A stretch of 63,276 bases of DNA, counting the filler, from Lenisia limosa (lineage: Eukaryota > Protista > Breviatea), in the NCBI GenBank assembly GCA_001655205.1. It is 16 parts of 16 records of this genome, joined end to end, with 100 filler letters (N's around TTAATTAATTAA, not from the genome) between each part and the next. Parts side by side here need not be neighbours in the genome. Positions count along the whole stretch, not along the records: positions 1 to 1,317 come from LPNZ01003488.1; positions 1,418 to 3,566 come from LPNZ01008406.1; positions 3,667 to 7,711 come from LPNZ01006565.1; positions 7,812 to 12,413 come from LPNZ01007505.1; 12 more parts are not named here. One strand, 5' to 3'. Below, one piece after another: positions 1 to 11,550 of this stretch. Within the stretch, counting starts at the first letter, position 1. The number at the start of each line of letters is the position of its first letter. Below the pieces are notes generated by a model that ran no database searches, was not told the origin of the DNA, and was given only the letters and a program-made list of their open reading frames with translations. Both the position numbers and the translations under genes were made by a program.

Positions 1-69
1 CGCGAGACTTTACCGGAACGGCCAATGACCGAACCCCTATACACTAATAATGGTTGGGGTGTATGACGT

Positions 70-275
70 TTCACTTCTTTCCTCTTTTCTTCTCTTCTTT
101 CTTTTTCTTCTCCCTTCTCTTCCTTCTCTTCTTCTCTTCTTCTCTTCTTCTATTATGACTCTTTTTTCTTCCTATTTGTTCTCTTTTTCTGTATTTGCTT
201 TTCTCTTCTCTTCTCTTTCTCTCTTCTTTTCTCTACTTTTCTCTACTTTTCTCTACTTTTCTCTACTTTTCTTAC
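70..275. repeat. CT-rich low-complexity tract ending in tandem TTTTCTCTAC units
   Basis: Almost pure pyrimidine tract; explains the spurious L/F/S-rich ORF 50..280. Confidence 0.9.
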
Positions 276-278
276 AAT

Positions 279-395
279 AGAGTTGTAAGCCAAATGATTT
301 GGTGAATACTATAGTATACTATAATCCCATATCTCTTCAATGCGTGATGGTGTGGACAGCTTCAGCCAGATACAACCTATTTTTATTTCACCACC
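279..395 (+). repeat. Dispersed repeat family C (GAGTTGTA..ATGATT.GGTGAAT...GCGTGATGGTGTGGACGGCTTCGGCCAGATACAACC core)
   Basis: Related core at about 850, 3667, 9822, 16427(-), 21268, 29968(-), 40704(-), 43396, 45037, 48005 and 59268(-). Confidence 0.85.
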
Positions 396-608
396 AGATA
401 TGCACTCTATGAATACCATTCCAAACTGTGACCACATAGCATTAATTTAAATATGATAAAGATTGAGACACATAATAGATTCATTGTGATAAATCGAGTA
501 TTGAAAGTACATGTTCGAATTCATTATTACGAGAGACAAATTTAATAGAAGTCTGTTATGGTTTGATATTTTGAGTGCACAGATTGAAATTTAACCTTTT
601 TTATTTCT

Positions 609-845
609 CATCACCACCTATTATGACTATATTATCTCTTGTTCACGTGTTTGAATAATAACAAAAAATGGATTATCTATGAAATAGTATCTTAGTATTA
701 ATTAACTCACTTACAATACAGAATTTATTCAAACACGTGAACAAGAGATTTAGGAGTATAATATTGTCACAATAGGTGGTGATGATGCTGTATTGTAAGT
801 TAATACTAAGATACTATTTCATAGATAATCCAGTTTTTTGTTGTA
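609..845. repeat. Interleaved inverted repeats (A-B-A'-B')
   Basis: 634-658 is the exact reverse complement of 725-749; 669-701 of 800-832; 709-721 of 788-800; 609-627 of 766-784 with 1 mismatch. Confidence 0.9.
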
Positions 846-1361
846 TGTGTTATGATGTGGACGGCTTCTGCCAGAAAGCGCCTTCTTTGATTTCTCACCT
901 ACTCATTTAACGTTTTTTGAAACCGAAAGAGGAAATGCAGCGTCATGCCTAATTCCTAAATTTTTTTCTGTTGATTTCTCTAGGTCATGGTCACGACCTC
1001 AATTCATCATCCCCTTCATCCCCTTCTTTGGAAGCGTATGGGGGAGGGGGTAACAACGGAACATTACTAGGGCTTCAATTCGGTCCGGAAAATGACTGAA
1101 TTACTCGATAAATCTCCAAATAAATACTCGATATCATTGATAAATCCTCGATATTTTACTTTTATCTCATCTCTCACCCCCTTCCTTATGATCTCTCTCT
1201 GACTTATTCAGCCTGGCTCAACCCTCTTCAGTAAACCCGTCAATGTAGGTGGTGGAGAGGGGTTCTAATCTCTGTCTATTCTATTTTCTCTGTCATTCTC
1301 TCTCTCTCTCTCTCTCTNNNNNNNNNNNNNNNNNNNNNNNNNNNNNNNNNNNNNNNNNNNN

Positions 1362-1373
1362 TTAATTAATTAA
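1362..1373. other. Artificial scaffold spacer TTAATTAATTAA (stop in all six frames)
   Basis: Identical 12-mer embedded in Ns at 1362, 3611, 7756, 12458, 16667, 20884, 22193, 27457, 38097, 40153, 45166, 50103, 52581, 57442 and 60848. Confidence 0.98.
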
Positions 1374-1899
1374 NNNNNNNNNNNNNNNNNNNNNNNNNNN
1401 NNNNNNNNNNNNNNNNNAATACCTGGGGGGGGGGGAGGTTAGTGCGGGTTTTAGTGTGAGTATTTTATTTGCGGGGTTTTGCTGGGTTTTGTGCGAATTT
1501 ATCATTGAAACCCACTGCGGGGGAGATGCGTACATGCTGTGATCATATACTTTCATTTTCTTCATGTGTATTCATAAAAATAACCAGAGATTGGTTTTCG
1601 GTTTCAGTATTTGATAATGTGTATTTTTTTGGCTTTCTTTCTCTGCTTTGGAAGCATCTAATTCTCGAATTTGTTTTGTGAATGTTTTTTGGGTAAATAA
1701 ATGTGTTTTTCCGGCGAGTGATTTTTCTGTCGATTCAGTTTTTTACTGAGAAAATGTATATTTTTTTTTTTTTTTTTCTATTTTTCCTTTGCCTGACCCC
1801 CTTTCNNNNNNNNNNNNNNNNNNNNNNNNNNNNNNNNNNNNNNNNNNNNNNNNNNNNNNNNNNNNNNNNNNNNNNNNNNNNNNNNNNNNNNNNNNNNNN

Positions 1900-3376
1900 A
1901 AGAAATTCGCGAAGGCAGCCCAGAATGACCTTCTAATTCAGAGAGTCGAAGTGGGGAGTGGGGCCCTATATCCGGGTACCCCGATCTGAATCCGGATCCG
2001 ACTCATCAAAAAAGCGAGGATCTGGACCTGATGATAATGCCCGAAGCAATAAAGAGTAATGCATCAAATAAAATCTATAGTATCTCAGCCCTTACTCGGC
2101 CTTTCACCCACTTAGTTATTTTGTTATTGTTGTTGTATTTTTTTGTTCCCTTTGGCTTCACTTCGTTTCAAACAAAGACTGAAATTTTCGATAAATCCTC
2201 GAAAACTATCGATATTTTGCCTATATTTTTCGAACTGAAGTGAAGCCTTACCTTTACTCCCCTCAGATAATGGAGAAAGACTGGCTAGGTAACGCAACCG
2301 ATATTCAGTCGACAGTCGTGGTACCAACTTTGGTGAGCCTGGCACTGATGTTGTTTTGTTTTTTATTGATTTTTTTTTTCTACAGTGGGGGGAGGGTGGA
2401 TTATCTGCTGATTGAATTCCCTTCCCCTGATTTNNNNNNNNNNNNNNNNNNNNNNNNNNNNNNNNNNNNNNNNNNNNNNNNNNNNNNNNNNNNNNNNNNN
2501 NNNNNNNNNNNNNNNNNNNNNNNNNNNNNCCGGTGATGATGACGTAAATCTGATGCACTTCATGGCTCTGATTGAGAACCTCACGGCTACTGATGACAAT
2601 GTGAGCTTTTTTTTTAGCAAGGAAGAACATTTTGGGACGCAGCTTTGCTGTTAAAAGGAAATTTGCGTGCTAAGATAGCCAACTTATTATTCTTGTGATA
2701 TCGTTGCAATAAATTCACTTAAAGTGATGAACAGGAAGATGAGTAGTACGAAGATTAAAAGAGTTTATGTTACGAACCAGCTACATGAACCCCTAATTAC
2801 AGCGTATTAACTTGGGATTCTCTTTTGAAGAAATTGGGACTCCCATTCCCTATGTAACCCACCACCTGTAACACCTCCTTCTAATCAATACTAACACCCG
2901 GTCATCTACCCTCCCCTAACTGTTCAGGATGAGCCTAAAGAGCCGACTTTGGAGGAGCTTGCTGCTGCCACGTCATCCTTTGTTGACCTTGTGTTTGAAG
3001 GAGTGGGGGGGGGGGGTGAAATANNNNNNNNNNNNNNNNNNNNNNNNNNNNNNNNNNNNNNNNNNNNNNNNNNNNNNNNNNNNNNNNNNNNNNNNNNNNN
3101 NNNNNNNNNNNAAACAGTTCCAAAACGTTATCAGATTTCATTTTGTAAGTAAAAGGGTGTTCCATTCCTCTGACTCACCTGAAAGAAGATTCCCATCCCC
3201 TCTCCAATTTTTAGCAATCTTTTGTTGTCCAAATAACATTAAGTTTTATCACCATTTCTTCATAAAAACAAACTGACAAACAGTTCCAAAACGGCGCAGT
3301 TGCCAACGCCCGCCTGTCCGTCCTCCACAACCAGTCTATCAAGCTTGGCTCACCACTCAAGAAGCTCTTCAACCAG
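1900..3376 (+). CDS. Partial multi-exon hypothetical protein
   Basis: Exons with GT/AG ends: KKFAKAAQNDLLIQRVE / IMEKDWLGNATDIQSTVVVPTL / GDDDVNLMHFMALIENLTATDDN / DEPKEPTLEELAAATSSFVDLVFEG / FQNGAVANARLSVLHNQSIKLGSPLKKLFNQ; family not recognised. Confidence 0.65.
2152..2250. mobile_element. hAT-type MITE family A (degenerate copy, intronic)
   Basis: GGCTTCACTTCG...GAAGTGAAGCC termini and the internal CGATAAATCCTCGA/ATCGATA core. Confidence 0.8.
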
Positions 3377-3406
3377 GTATGGGCGATGCTTAAGTTCGGT
3401 TATATC

Positions 3407-3505
3407 CAGGGCTTCACTTTGGTGCGGAAAAGACCATATAATATCGATAGTTTTCAAGGATTTATCGAGAAATCCTGTCTGTTTTCGAACCGAAGTGAAG
3501 CCCTA
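3407..3505. mobile_element. hAT-type MITE family A
   Basis: CAGGGCTTCACTTTGG...CCGAAGTGAAGCCCTA terminal inverted repeats. Confidence 0.85.
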
Positions 3506-3746
3506 AATATTCCGAAACCGACATACTATTTTAAAAGGCTAATAAGCGTAAGATGCTTCAATATTGNNNNNNNNNNNNNNNNNNNNNNNNNNNNNNNNNN
3601 NNNNNNNNNNTTAATTAATTAANNNNNNNNNNNNNNNNNNNNNNNNNNNNNNNNNNNNNNNNNNNNGATGGTGTGGACGGCTTCGACCAGATTGTTTTAA
3701 TTTTATCATTGCTATAATATATCTGATGCAATAGTTTACTATTCAG

Positions 3747-6016
3747 GTCTACAAGACTTGACGTTTTGTCACTCACCGGCCGGCTTGGAAGACTATTGGG
3801 GTAAGGGGCATTGTATTATTATGGCTTGTGGATAAATTGAGACTCAGTGACTTCGATAAGCCCTGACGCGAATAACTATGATGTAACTAGGGATTCCGTA
3901 CGGCTGAAAAGACCGTGAAAATACTGTATATCGGGAAATTATCGAGAAATTCAGTCTTTTTTGGGACCATAGGGAAGCCCTAGATGTAACTCGATATCCA
4001 TGTCAGGACTATACGTGATTACCTTATTTTTTGAATGTTTCTTTGAGTTGTTTTGTTCCTTAAATTTTACTATTGCATCCCTTTTGTTGTTTGTTTTTTT
4101 GTTTTGTTTGGAGTTTCAGATTATTCGGTTCGTGATTAGTACCTTTACACTAATATTCTTCATCGAAATTTCCTTCGTTTTACCCCCCCCCCCAGGAANN
4201 NNNNNNNNNNNNNNNNNNNNNNNNNNNNNNNNNNNNNNNNNNNNNNNNNNNNNNNNNNNNNNCTGGAGATTTCTTTCAAAGCCAGCTCAGAAACCCAAAG
4301 TGTCTCGGGGTCACAGGTGCTGGGCACTGGAGGGGGAGCGTCAGGGGAGGCAGCGTCTTGCTACTCCGTGTTCCAAGCCTCTTTCTTTGTTTTGGCTCGT
4401 GGGGTCGGGATCTACACATAAATGACCCACTCAGACACAATTTACGTCTTCTTCAAGAACATTACTCTTTTTTTGTTATTTCGGACGTGTGCCCTCTATT
4501 CATCATCATCATACATCATAACCCCACGCACATTAATTTGGGCTTCACTTTTGGTTGCAAAAAAGATTGAATCCTCGATAAATCCTCGATAAATATCGAT
4601 AGTTTTCTGGTCTTTTGGAACCGAAAGTAAAGCTCTAACATTACTAACCCACCACGCAGTGTCCCACCCAGTCTACACATTTCATAAAAATCCAGATATG
4701 TATACATATACATATGAAACATACCTAGGGCTTCCCTACGGTCCGAAAAGACCTTCAAATATCGATATTCATCTAGGATTTTTCGAGAAATTCAGTCTTT
4801 TTTGGGACCGTAGAGAAGCTAACCTTATCCAGACACAATGTCCCGTTACGACATAACGGCCAACAAAACAGCCCTCGATACCGTCATCACCAACATCAGC
4901 GCGGCTGGTTTCAATGTCAGAGGGGGAGGGGAAGTTTGAATAAGGGGAGTGATGAGAGTGGCAAGAGTGAGAGGAGTGTGGGGAGGATAGATGGTAATGA
5001 TTGTATTTGGGAGGAAGATATTGAAAGTGGGGTATAAGTTCATTAGTGTGTTATAGTATTCAATAGGAGGGGGGGGGGGTNNNNNNNNNNNNNNNNNNNN
5101 NNNNNNNNNNNNNNNNNNNNNNNNNNNNNNNNNNNNNNNNNNNNNNNNNNNNNNNNNNNNNNNNNNNNNNNNNNNNNNNNNNNNNNNNNNNNNNGCTAGC
5201 CAACATAGTTGCTTTTAGCTTAGTCCAAATTTACCCCCCCTTCAGCAATCCCTTCTCCCCTCCTGGCTAGCCACATTTCTTCCGCTATCGTTCGTCTCTG
5301 ATGGGCTGCCTAAACCTGCCCCTGGCATGGCCACTGCACTTCCTTCCGTTCCCCTCCATATGAGTTTGGGAGTTTCTTCTAATAAGAATTAAGACATGAT
5401 TCACTTTCGGTTCCAAAAGACTGGTAAACTATCGATATTTGCCGAGGATTTATCGAAAATTCTTTTTTTAGAACCGAAAGTGAAGCGCTACAAGGCGAAA
5501 GAAGTTTAATATCGATATCATAACTCTTTGATGAAAAACTTATTATGTCTGTAGCTATGTCTAGTTCTGAATAATCAAGGTCTATTATCTGATACATGTG
5601 TATGCGCCTAATTCTAAAATACATGTGCTTGAGGTTAAAAGCTTAAGCTTCATGGTTTTAGGGCTCCGTGCTATTAATAAATTAAATTGTCTGAAATTGA
5701 GTACATATTACGATATGGCGCACTTCAAATTTGCAATTATTTCTTCCTATTAATTGCACAGAGCTCTGATTATTCTGACTATTTCAGCATCAAGCCCCAC
5801 GCGACTTGCTGCGATTCAAAAGGCCTTACAATCGCTTCTCTTCAACAACAGTTAGTAACAACAAGAAGTAACCTGTTAACGCCCTCAGAATTTGCAGCGA
5901 ATCCCTTGAGACAGGTTGAATCGGCCTTCATGGGTCCTGGTAATTCCCTAAGGAGCATGCCAATCTCTAGAGAGACCGCACATTTGACTCTTCCAAAAGT
6001 CAAGAAAACGACTGAA
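3747..6016 (+). CDS. Partial multi-exon hypothetical protein
   Basis: GC-richer exon-like blocks (LEISFKASSETQSVSGSQVLGTGGG; DTMSRYDITANKTALDTVITNISAAGFNV; QSLLPSWLATFLPLSF) separated by MITE-containing introns; frames partly ambiguous. Confidence 0.5.
3888..3982. mobile_element. hAT-type MITE family A (CCCTACGG subfamily) with 8-bp TSD GATGTAAC
   Basis: GATGTAAC at 3880-3887 and 3983-3990 flanks TAGGG...CCCTA. Confidence 0.92.
4103..4195 (+). repeat. Family E: repeat anchored at intron 3' ends
   Basis: Highly similar to 17789-17881 and partly to 48431-48492; all end in a C-rich run plus AG. Confidence 0.8.
4539..4637. mobile_element. hAT-type MITE family A
   Basis: TGGGCTTCACTTT...AAAGTAAAGCTCTA termini with the family core. 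Confidence 0.8.
4726..4821. mobile_element. hAT-type MITE family A (CCCTACGG subfamily)
   Basis: TAGGGCTTCCCTACGGTCC...GGACCGTAGAGAAGC. Confidence 0.85.
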
Positions 6017-6079
6017 GTTGGCTGAATGATTATTATATTTCTTTGACTGAAGTTGGCTGAATGATTATTATATTTCTTT
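6010..6079 (+). repeat. Perfect 35-bp tandem duplication spanning a probable 5' splice site
   Basis: GACTGAAGTTGGCTGAATGATTATTATATTTCTTT x2. Confidence 0.9.
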
Positions 6080-7389
6080 CTTAAATAAGATTTTTTTTTT
6101 TTCAAATTCTTGATAAATGTCGATAGTTTATGTGGCTTCACTTTCAGTTCAATACATGGATATTTTTGAGGATATATCAAGAGAATCCTTGCCGGAAATG
6201 AAACGCACCTTTTTGAATCGCAAATATCACCATGTCACGATTTAGGCTAGCCCTGGGTTTGATGTTGAAGGTTGGGGGGTGGGGGCTGGCTGTTGCTATT
6301 TTTATCAGGACTATAAATTATTATTGTGCAGGACGGTTTCAGCCAGTAACCACCTAGTTTTTTTTTTATCTTCTCTTCATAATGAAACACTATACCAAGA
6401 CTACATTCCTTCATAGCGCATGTACATGTAACATTGTTTTACTTTCTTGTGTTGTTATTTCAAGGTCTTCCCTTCAGTTCCCCCAATAAAGACTGAAAGA
6501 ATAACAATACATATCATATCCCTTTTCGTACCTTATATATTACTCCCGGGTTATTCTTATATTGTTTATCCTTATTATTCTATTATTTTATTTGTGCCTC
6601 TGAGTTGGTAAATCAGAAACTGTGCAAGACTACTCGGAGTTAATAACACAATAAACGTTTTTTTTTATGTAGACGGCACTTCGTTAACTCCTAAACGGTT
6701 GAACAGTAAGAAAAGGCCCTCTGTTCAATCTCACTTCATACAACATTCCTCTCCTTTTAGTGGGGAAAGAAAAATACAACCATGTCAAAATAAAAACAAT
6801 AAAGAAAGGAGTGGCAATCTTTGTCCCCTTTGGAAGTGGTATCTTGGGCACCATTTGAGTCGTCTTATGCATTAATAACAAATTGGCAAGCATTTCCAAT
6901 AAAACAAGGATGTATCTGGCCGGAGAAGGCCAATCTAGATGAAGATCAGATCAGGATAAAGGGACAGGAGGTGTTGGGTTGGAAGGGGATATATGGACAA
7001 TGTATTATTTGGACAGGCAGAGGAATTGCATGTTATAAGATAGGAACTTTGAGGGAAACTGACTGACAAGTTGCATTTAATGATCTTAAACCTCTTCTTG
7101 TTTTTTCGCATGGGCACAGCATATTACCCACATTTTCTTTCCAAACTATGCAGCACTCCGGAATTCGGATAGAGGTTTTTTAATTTGAATAATTTGTCCG
7201 TCTATGTGACTAAGTAGGATAATAAAGTGTGATTATGCCATTTTGGACTTGTTTATTGGGTTTTAATATAATTTATGAATTCCATTTTGATTAACTCATT
7301 TGTAGACATATTATTGAAACCTATTTATGTTAATTACATGACGTCCCGGCGCTTTGAAATCATGCAAAATTTCTGGATTGTATAGTATA

Positions 7390-7466
7390 CAGTGACCGGG
7401 AAAACCTTGACCGATTTTCCTTGGGAAATTACATAGCAAATCGGTCAAGACTTTTCCTGGTCACTG
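7390..7466. mobile_element. Tc1/mariner-type MITE family B
   Basis: TA|CAGTGACCGGGAAAA...TTTTCCTGGTCACTG|TA. Confidence 0.85.
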
Positions 7467-7663
7467 TATGTGTGTGTGNNNNNNNNNNNNNNNNNNNNNN
7501 NNNNNNNNNNNNNNNNNNNNNNNNNNNNNNNNNNNNNNNNNNNNNNNNNNAGCGGTTGCATTCGAAACGTCCAAAATTATCAAGGCCTGTTCCCCTGCTG
7601 AACTGTTGGGGGGAGGGGGGTATGCTGTTTCCCAAAATTTCTTTAAATTCAAATCCCCGTACG

Positions 7664-7711
7664 CCGGAGTGATGGGATGTGGTGCTGCAAAAGCGACTGG
7701 CCTGGGCTTTG
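7664..7711 (+). repeat. Dispersed repeat family D (GGAGTGATGGGATGCGGTGCTGCAGAAGCGACTGGCCTGGGCTTTG...), cut by the scaffold end
   Basis: Related copies at about 13868, 26811, 27299, 53248, 55323, 57335 and 57498(-). Confidence 0.85.
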
Positions 7712-7812
7712 NNNNNNNNNNNNNNNNNNNNNNNNNNNNNNNNNNNNNNNNNNNNTTAATTAATTAANNNNNNNNNNNNNNNNNNNNNNNNNNNNNNNNN
7801 NNNNNNNNNNNG

Positions 7813-7848
7813 CTTAAGGAAAAGAAGAAAAAGAAGGCTAAGAAGTAA
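7813..7848 (+). CDS. Lys-rich C-terminus of a truncated gene (LKEKKKKKAKK*)
   Basis: Open frame from the scaffold edge to TAA, followed by AT-rich UTR-like sequence. Confidence 0.4.
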   Translation, partial: LKEKKKKKAKK

Positions 7849-8011
7849 TTTTTTTGAATGTATTGTTTTAAATTAAAAAAACTGGCTTGCATTTTTCCTT
7901 TATTACATCTCTAAAATTCATTCCAAAAAAACATCAAAAATAAAAAAGGACACGATATCGCAAAAATGACACGGTTTCTGCGCTGCAGCATATCATATGT
8001 ATAAGATAGCG

Positions 8012-11000
8012 TCAGTGAAGCCCACCATCAGTTCGGGGAGCAGTGGGAAGACCGTCGACAACCAGATTGTCGGGTAAAGCGTGAGCGATAGTGGCGGTGA
8101 GAGGTTTGCTGCCGATTTGACTGGGCGTAACACCAACCAAGTTGTTGTAGGAAAGGCCTACAATTGATTGGGGTAAACGGAATTTGGTTTTAAATATCTC
8201 ATATATATATCATATATTATATATTATATTGTACATAATATATGTAATTATATATGATATACTATCATATATTCATAAGACTTCTGTATTAAGCAAGACG
8301 CCAACCTGACTCCGAAATGAGCAGTGCAGCGGCGTTCTCATCAGGCTGAAGCAATTATGAAATGGTTCACTTATTCACAGTAAATATCACGATTTGGGTA
8401 CCCGGGGTGTTCAAAAGCGGAAAGAGACATTTTTTTTCACAAACCTTAAAGGCAGTGATGCTGTTGGAATCAGGAATTCTGAATACTGAATTGGAAATCT
8501 CCTGTGATGGTTAAAAGGGTAAAAAACTAAGAAATTGGCAAGCAAAATGAAAACCCAGAAAACATACCAAATCACTGTATGTCATGCGAATCTCAATATC
8601 AGTGGAGCTCTGGTCTTCCTAAACGGATGATAAACCATAAGGTGGTCAACGTGACAAAAGACCCTCAAACATGGGGGATGGAGGCCACATTATGGAACAC
8701 GTTGTTCATCTTGAGCCCACTCTGAAACATTCAGCATGGAGAAATGGGAAACATGATACGAAAAAAAAACTAAATAATGCCGAGTCCATTGCTTGCCGCT
8801 CCCTCTTACGCTCTGAGAAGTGAGAAAATAGCCAGAAAGAGAAAATGTTAGACGCAATACCCAGAAGGCAAAGAATGAAGATCCCCCCCCCCCCACAGCT
8901 GTGAGGGGCCAAATTTCGGTAACCTTATTGCTGAGCGTTACAGTGCCCGAAATAACGGAATCCTCAATATCGACAGTCCGGCTGGACAGAGCTCCAATCT
9001 GGGAGGGGTGAAACGAAGGAAATTTCGATGAATACTGGTGTAAGGGGGAGGAGGAGGTGAATCTTGTGAAGCAAAACCATTACAAATCAACGCTACTCCT
9101 ACTTTTGATTTTGCAGTGAAATCAAGGTGGCATGATGAGCGCCTCACCGTCAGACCGTTCGCACTGTTGCCATAGCAGTAAGCCTGTCAGGGTTGGTTAA
9201 TGTCTATTTAAACATGTCCTTAAAATGAGTAGGTCAAGATAACGCTTACATATAATATAGAGCCTCCTTCAATAGTAACGGAAACCATATCAATCTACAA
9301 GGTGAGAAATAGCTGAAACGCAAGGGCTAACCAAAAGCAATTATCTGGTTACAATTAGAGGTAATCTCTTGGTTTTTGTCCAAAATCGAACCAGCCTACT
9401 TGAGCAGGGGCCTCGCTAACTGAGCCGTAAACTCCGTAGACCGAATAGGCATTTTTGAGGTTAAACCTGCAGAGGGGGGTAAGAAGAATGGACATTAAAC
9501 CTGCCAATCCCCCCCCCCAAAATAAAACAATCAACTCGAAAGGGTTGGTTGGAAGTTACAAACCAAACATAATCGAAAAAAATATAAAAAAAATGGCCTA
9601 ACCAACACGAGGTTGAGGGGGTTGCTGTTTTTGCTATTTTGCTCTTAGTCTAATACAAATAGCAGCAACAGAATTATAAAACGCCTTCTGAAGTCAGCAG
9701 TAGACTGTTTGGTAACGAATGCAGTTGCAGTTTTGACTTTCTCATCCTGGTGGGATTATCATTTGTACCACTTCAAAGCATGCAACAAACAACAACATTG
9801 TATAATGTGATATGATATGGTAGTGCACAGAGTTGTATGGCAAATGATTGGGAAAATTAATACACTTAAATCTAACAGCCCATATGGATGGCTTCGCCAG
9901 ATACATAGTAGTACATCATATGATATCATATATCCTTCATTCGATACAAAAAAGAAAACAGAAAATTCTCTGATAGTAATAACACTATTATTATGGAAGA
10001 CTTATTTTGAGAATTTCAGTCTATTTTTTGATAGTAGTGGTCCCCATTTGCCCACTCCTTCCGATATGATTTCCGCAAGGCAGCGCTCGGCCACGAAATG
10101 CTGTGTCGTTCCGTATACGAACGCGGTTGGCTTCGAGGGTGAAAGTAGGATATCAATTGTTTTACCAAAATATTCCTAAATTCAACAAAGATGTTTGCCA
10201 GTCTCCCCCGCCCCCTCCTCGCCACATACTTTAGTGTTGCTGCCAACAGCCTTGACAATGTACTTGACGTGGGTCTAAAGCTCGTGAGTTGAGTGAACTA
10301 AACCGGGCAAAAGAACAAAACAAATAGTAGTATGAAAATGTCTTACTTCTCAATTCTCAACTGAGGAGGGAATTCAACTTTGTCTAACAATGTAAATACG
10401 CGATATCATTGAAGGTCCCAAAAGAATTTCTTAAATACCCCTCTTCCCAAGGTATAAACAGCTAGAGCCACTGGACACTATCCCTCTCGATTTCGTAAAA
10501 CCGATTCTCAACAAGCAGCCACAATCCACAAGCCCACATCATAAAACTCATAGTCGCGCTGCTGTTTTGCATGGATGAGGGAATTGGTATTGAGAAGGTT
10601 GCTCGTGACCTAAAATCAAGTCATTTTGTCATGGAACATAAGTTAGACCCGAACACGAACCTCAAAGTAGCAGTTCTTTGCAATGAAAGTGGATTCCACA
10701 ACTTCATCGTTGTTTTCCGTCAGTAAGGCGCCATTGTACCAGTAGTTCTCTGTGTTCTGGCAGCGTTAGTTCAATCAAGCGAGACAGTAAAAGGAAAATA
10801 AAAACTATAGACAAATAATGCTAATGTGGGGGGTAAGGACTAATCTAAAATCAAATTTATCTCTTGCATTCAACTTCGGTAGTGTCTCAGATTATCAAGG
10901 ACTGTCCATGGACCCCCCCCCCCNNNNNNNNNNNNNNNNNNNNNNNNNNNNNNNNNNNNNNNNNNNNNNNNNNNNNNNNNNNNNNNNNNNNNNNNNNNNN

Positions 11001-11550
11001 NNNNNNNNNNNNNNNNNNNNNNNNNCGCCGTAAATGCTTAAGAAGCCAGACATTCTCTGGTACAATTCCTAAGGTTATTAAGTCACACAACTGACCAATC
11101 GGTTATGGTACTTAATTCAAGTCTCAGAACAATCTTTGAACATTTGACTGTTTTGATGTCACAACAAGTGTTAGCAGTGAGCAAGCAAGGTACATATCAA
11201 TTCGACACTTGCGCTTCCCATACTCGACAAAAACCGATATATTTTGGAATAATCTTGACAAATTTGGTTTTTGAAATAAGGCCCAACTATTTACTATTTA
11301 CACGTAACNNNNNNNNNNNNNNNNNNNNNNNNNNNNNNNNNNNNNNNNNNNNNNNNNNNNNNNNNNNNNNNNNNNNNNNNNNNNNNNNNNNNNNNNNNNN
11401 NNNNNNNNNNNNNNNNNNNNNNNNNNNNNNCCTGTGTGAAGTGAATTTGAAAGCAGAAGGACGGTTCCTTTGTGTAGTCAACCGCTTGATCTCTCTTATC
11501 CTAGTTTCAATAGAGACTTTACTGCAAAAAAAAGCTGGAAGGATTGTTAT
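8012..11550 (-). CDS. Large multi-exon hypothetical protein, possibly secreted or beta-helix-like
   Basis: Spliced exons: NTENYWYNGALLTENNDEVVESTFIAKNCYFE; THVKYIVKAVGSNTKVCGEEGAG; IGALSSRTVDIEDSVISGTVTLSNK; FRIPDSNSITAFK-PDENAAALLISES-GLSYNNLVGVTPSQ...DGGLH* (TGA at 8012-8014); 5' extent uncertain. Confidence 0.65.

Noticed and set aside
5622-5660. Faint resemblance to the 5' end of 18S rRNA
   Set aside because: Short, many mismatches, and no further rRNA sequence follows.
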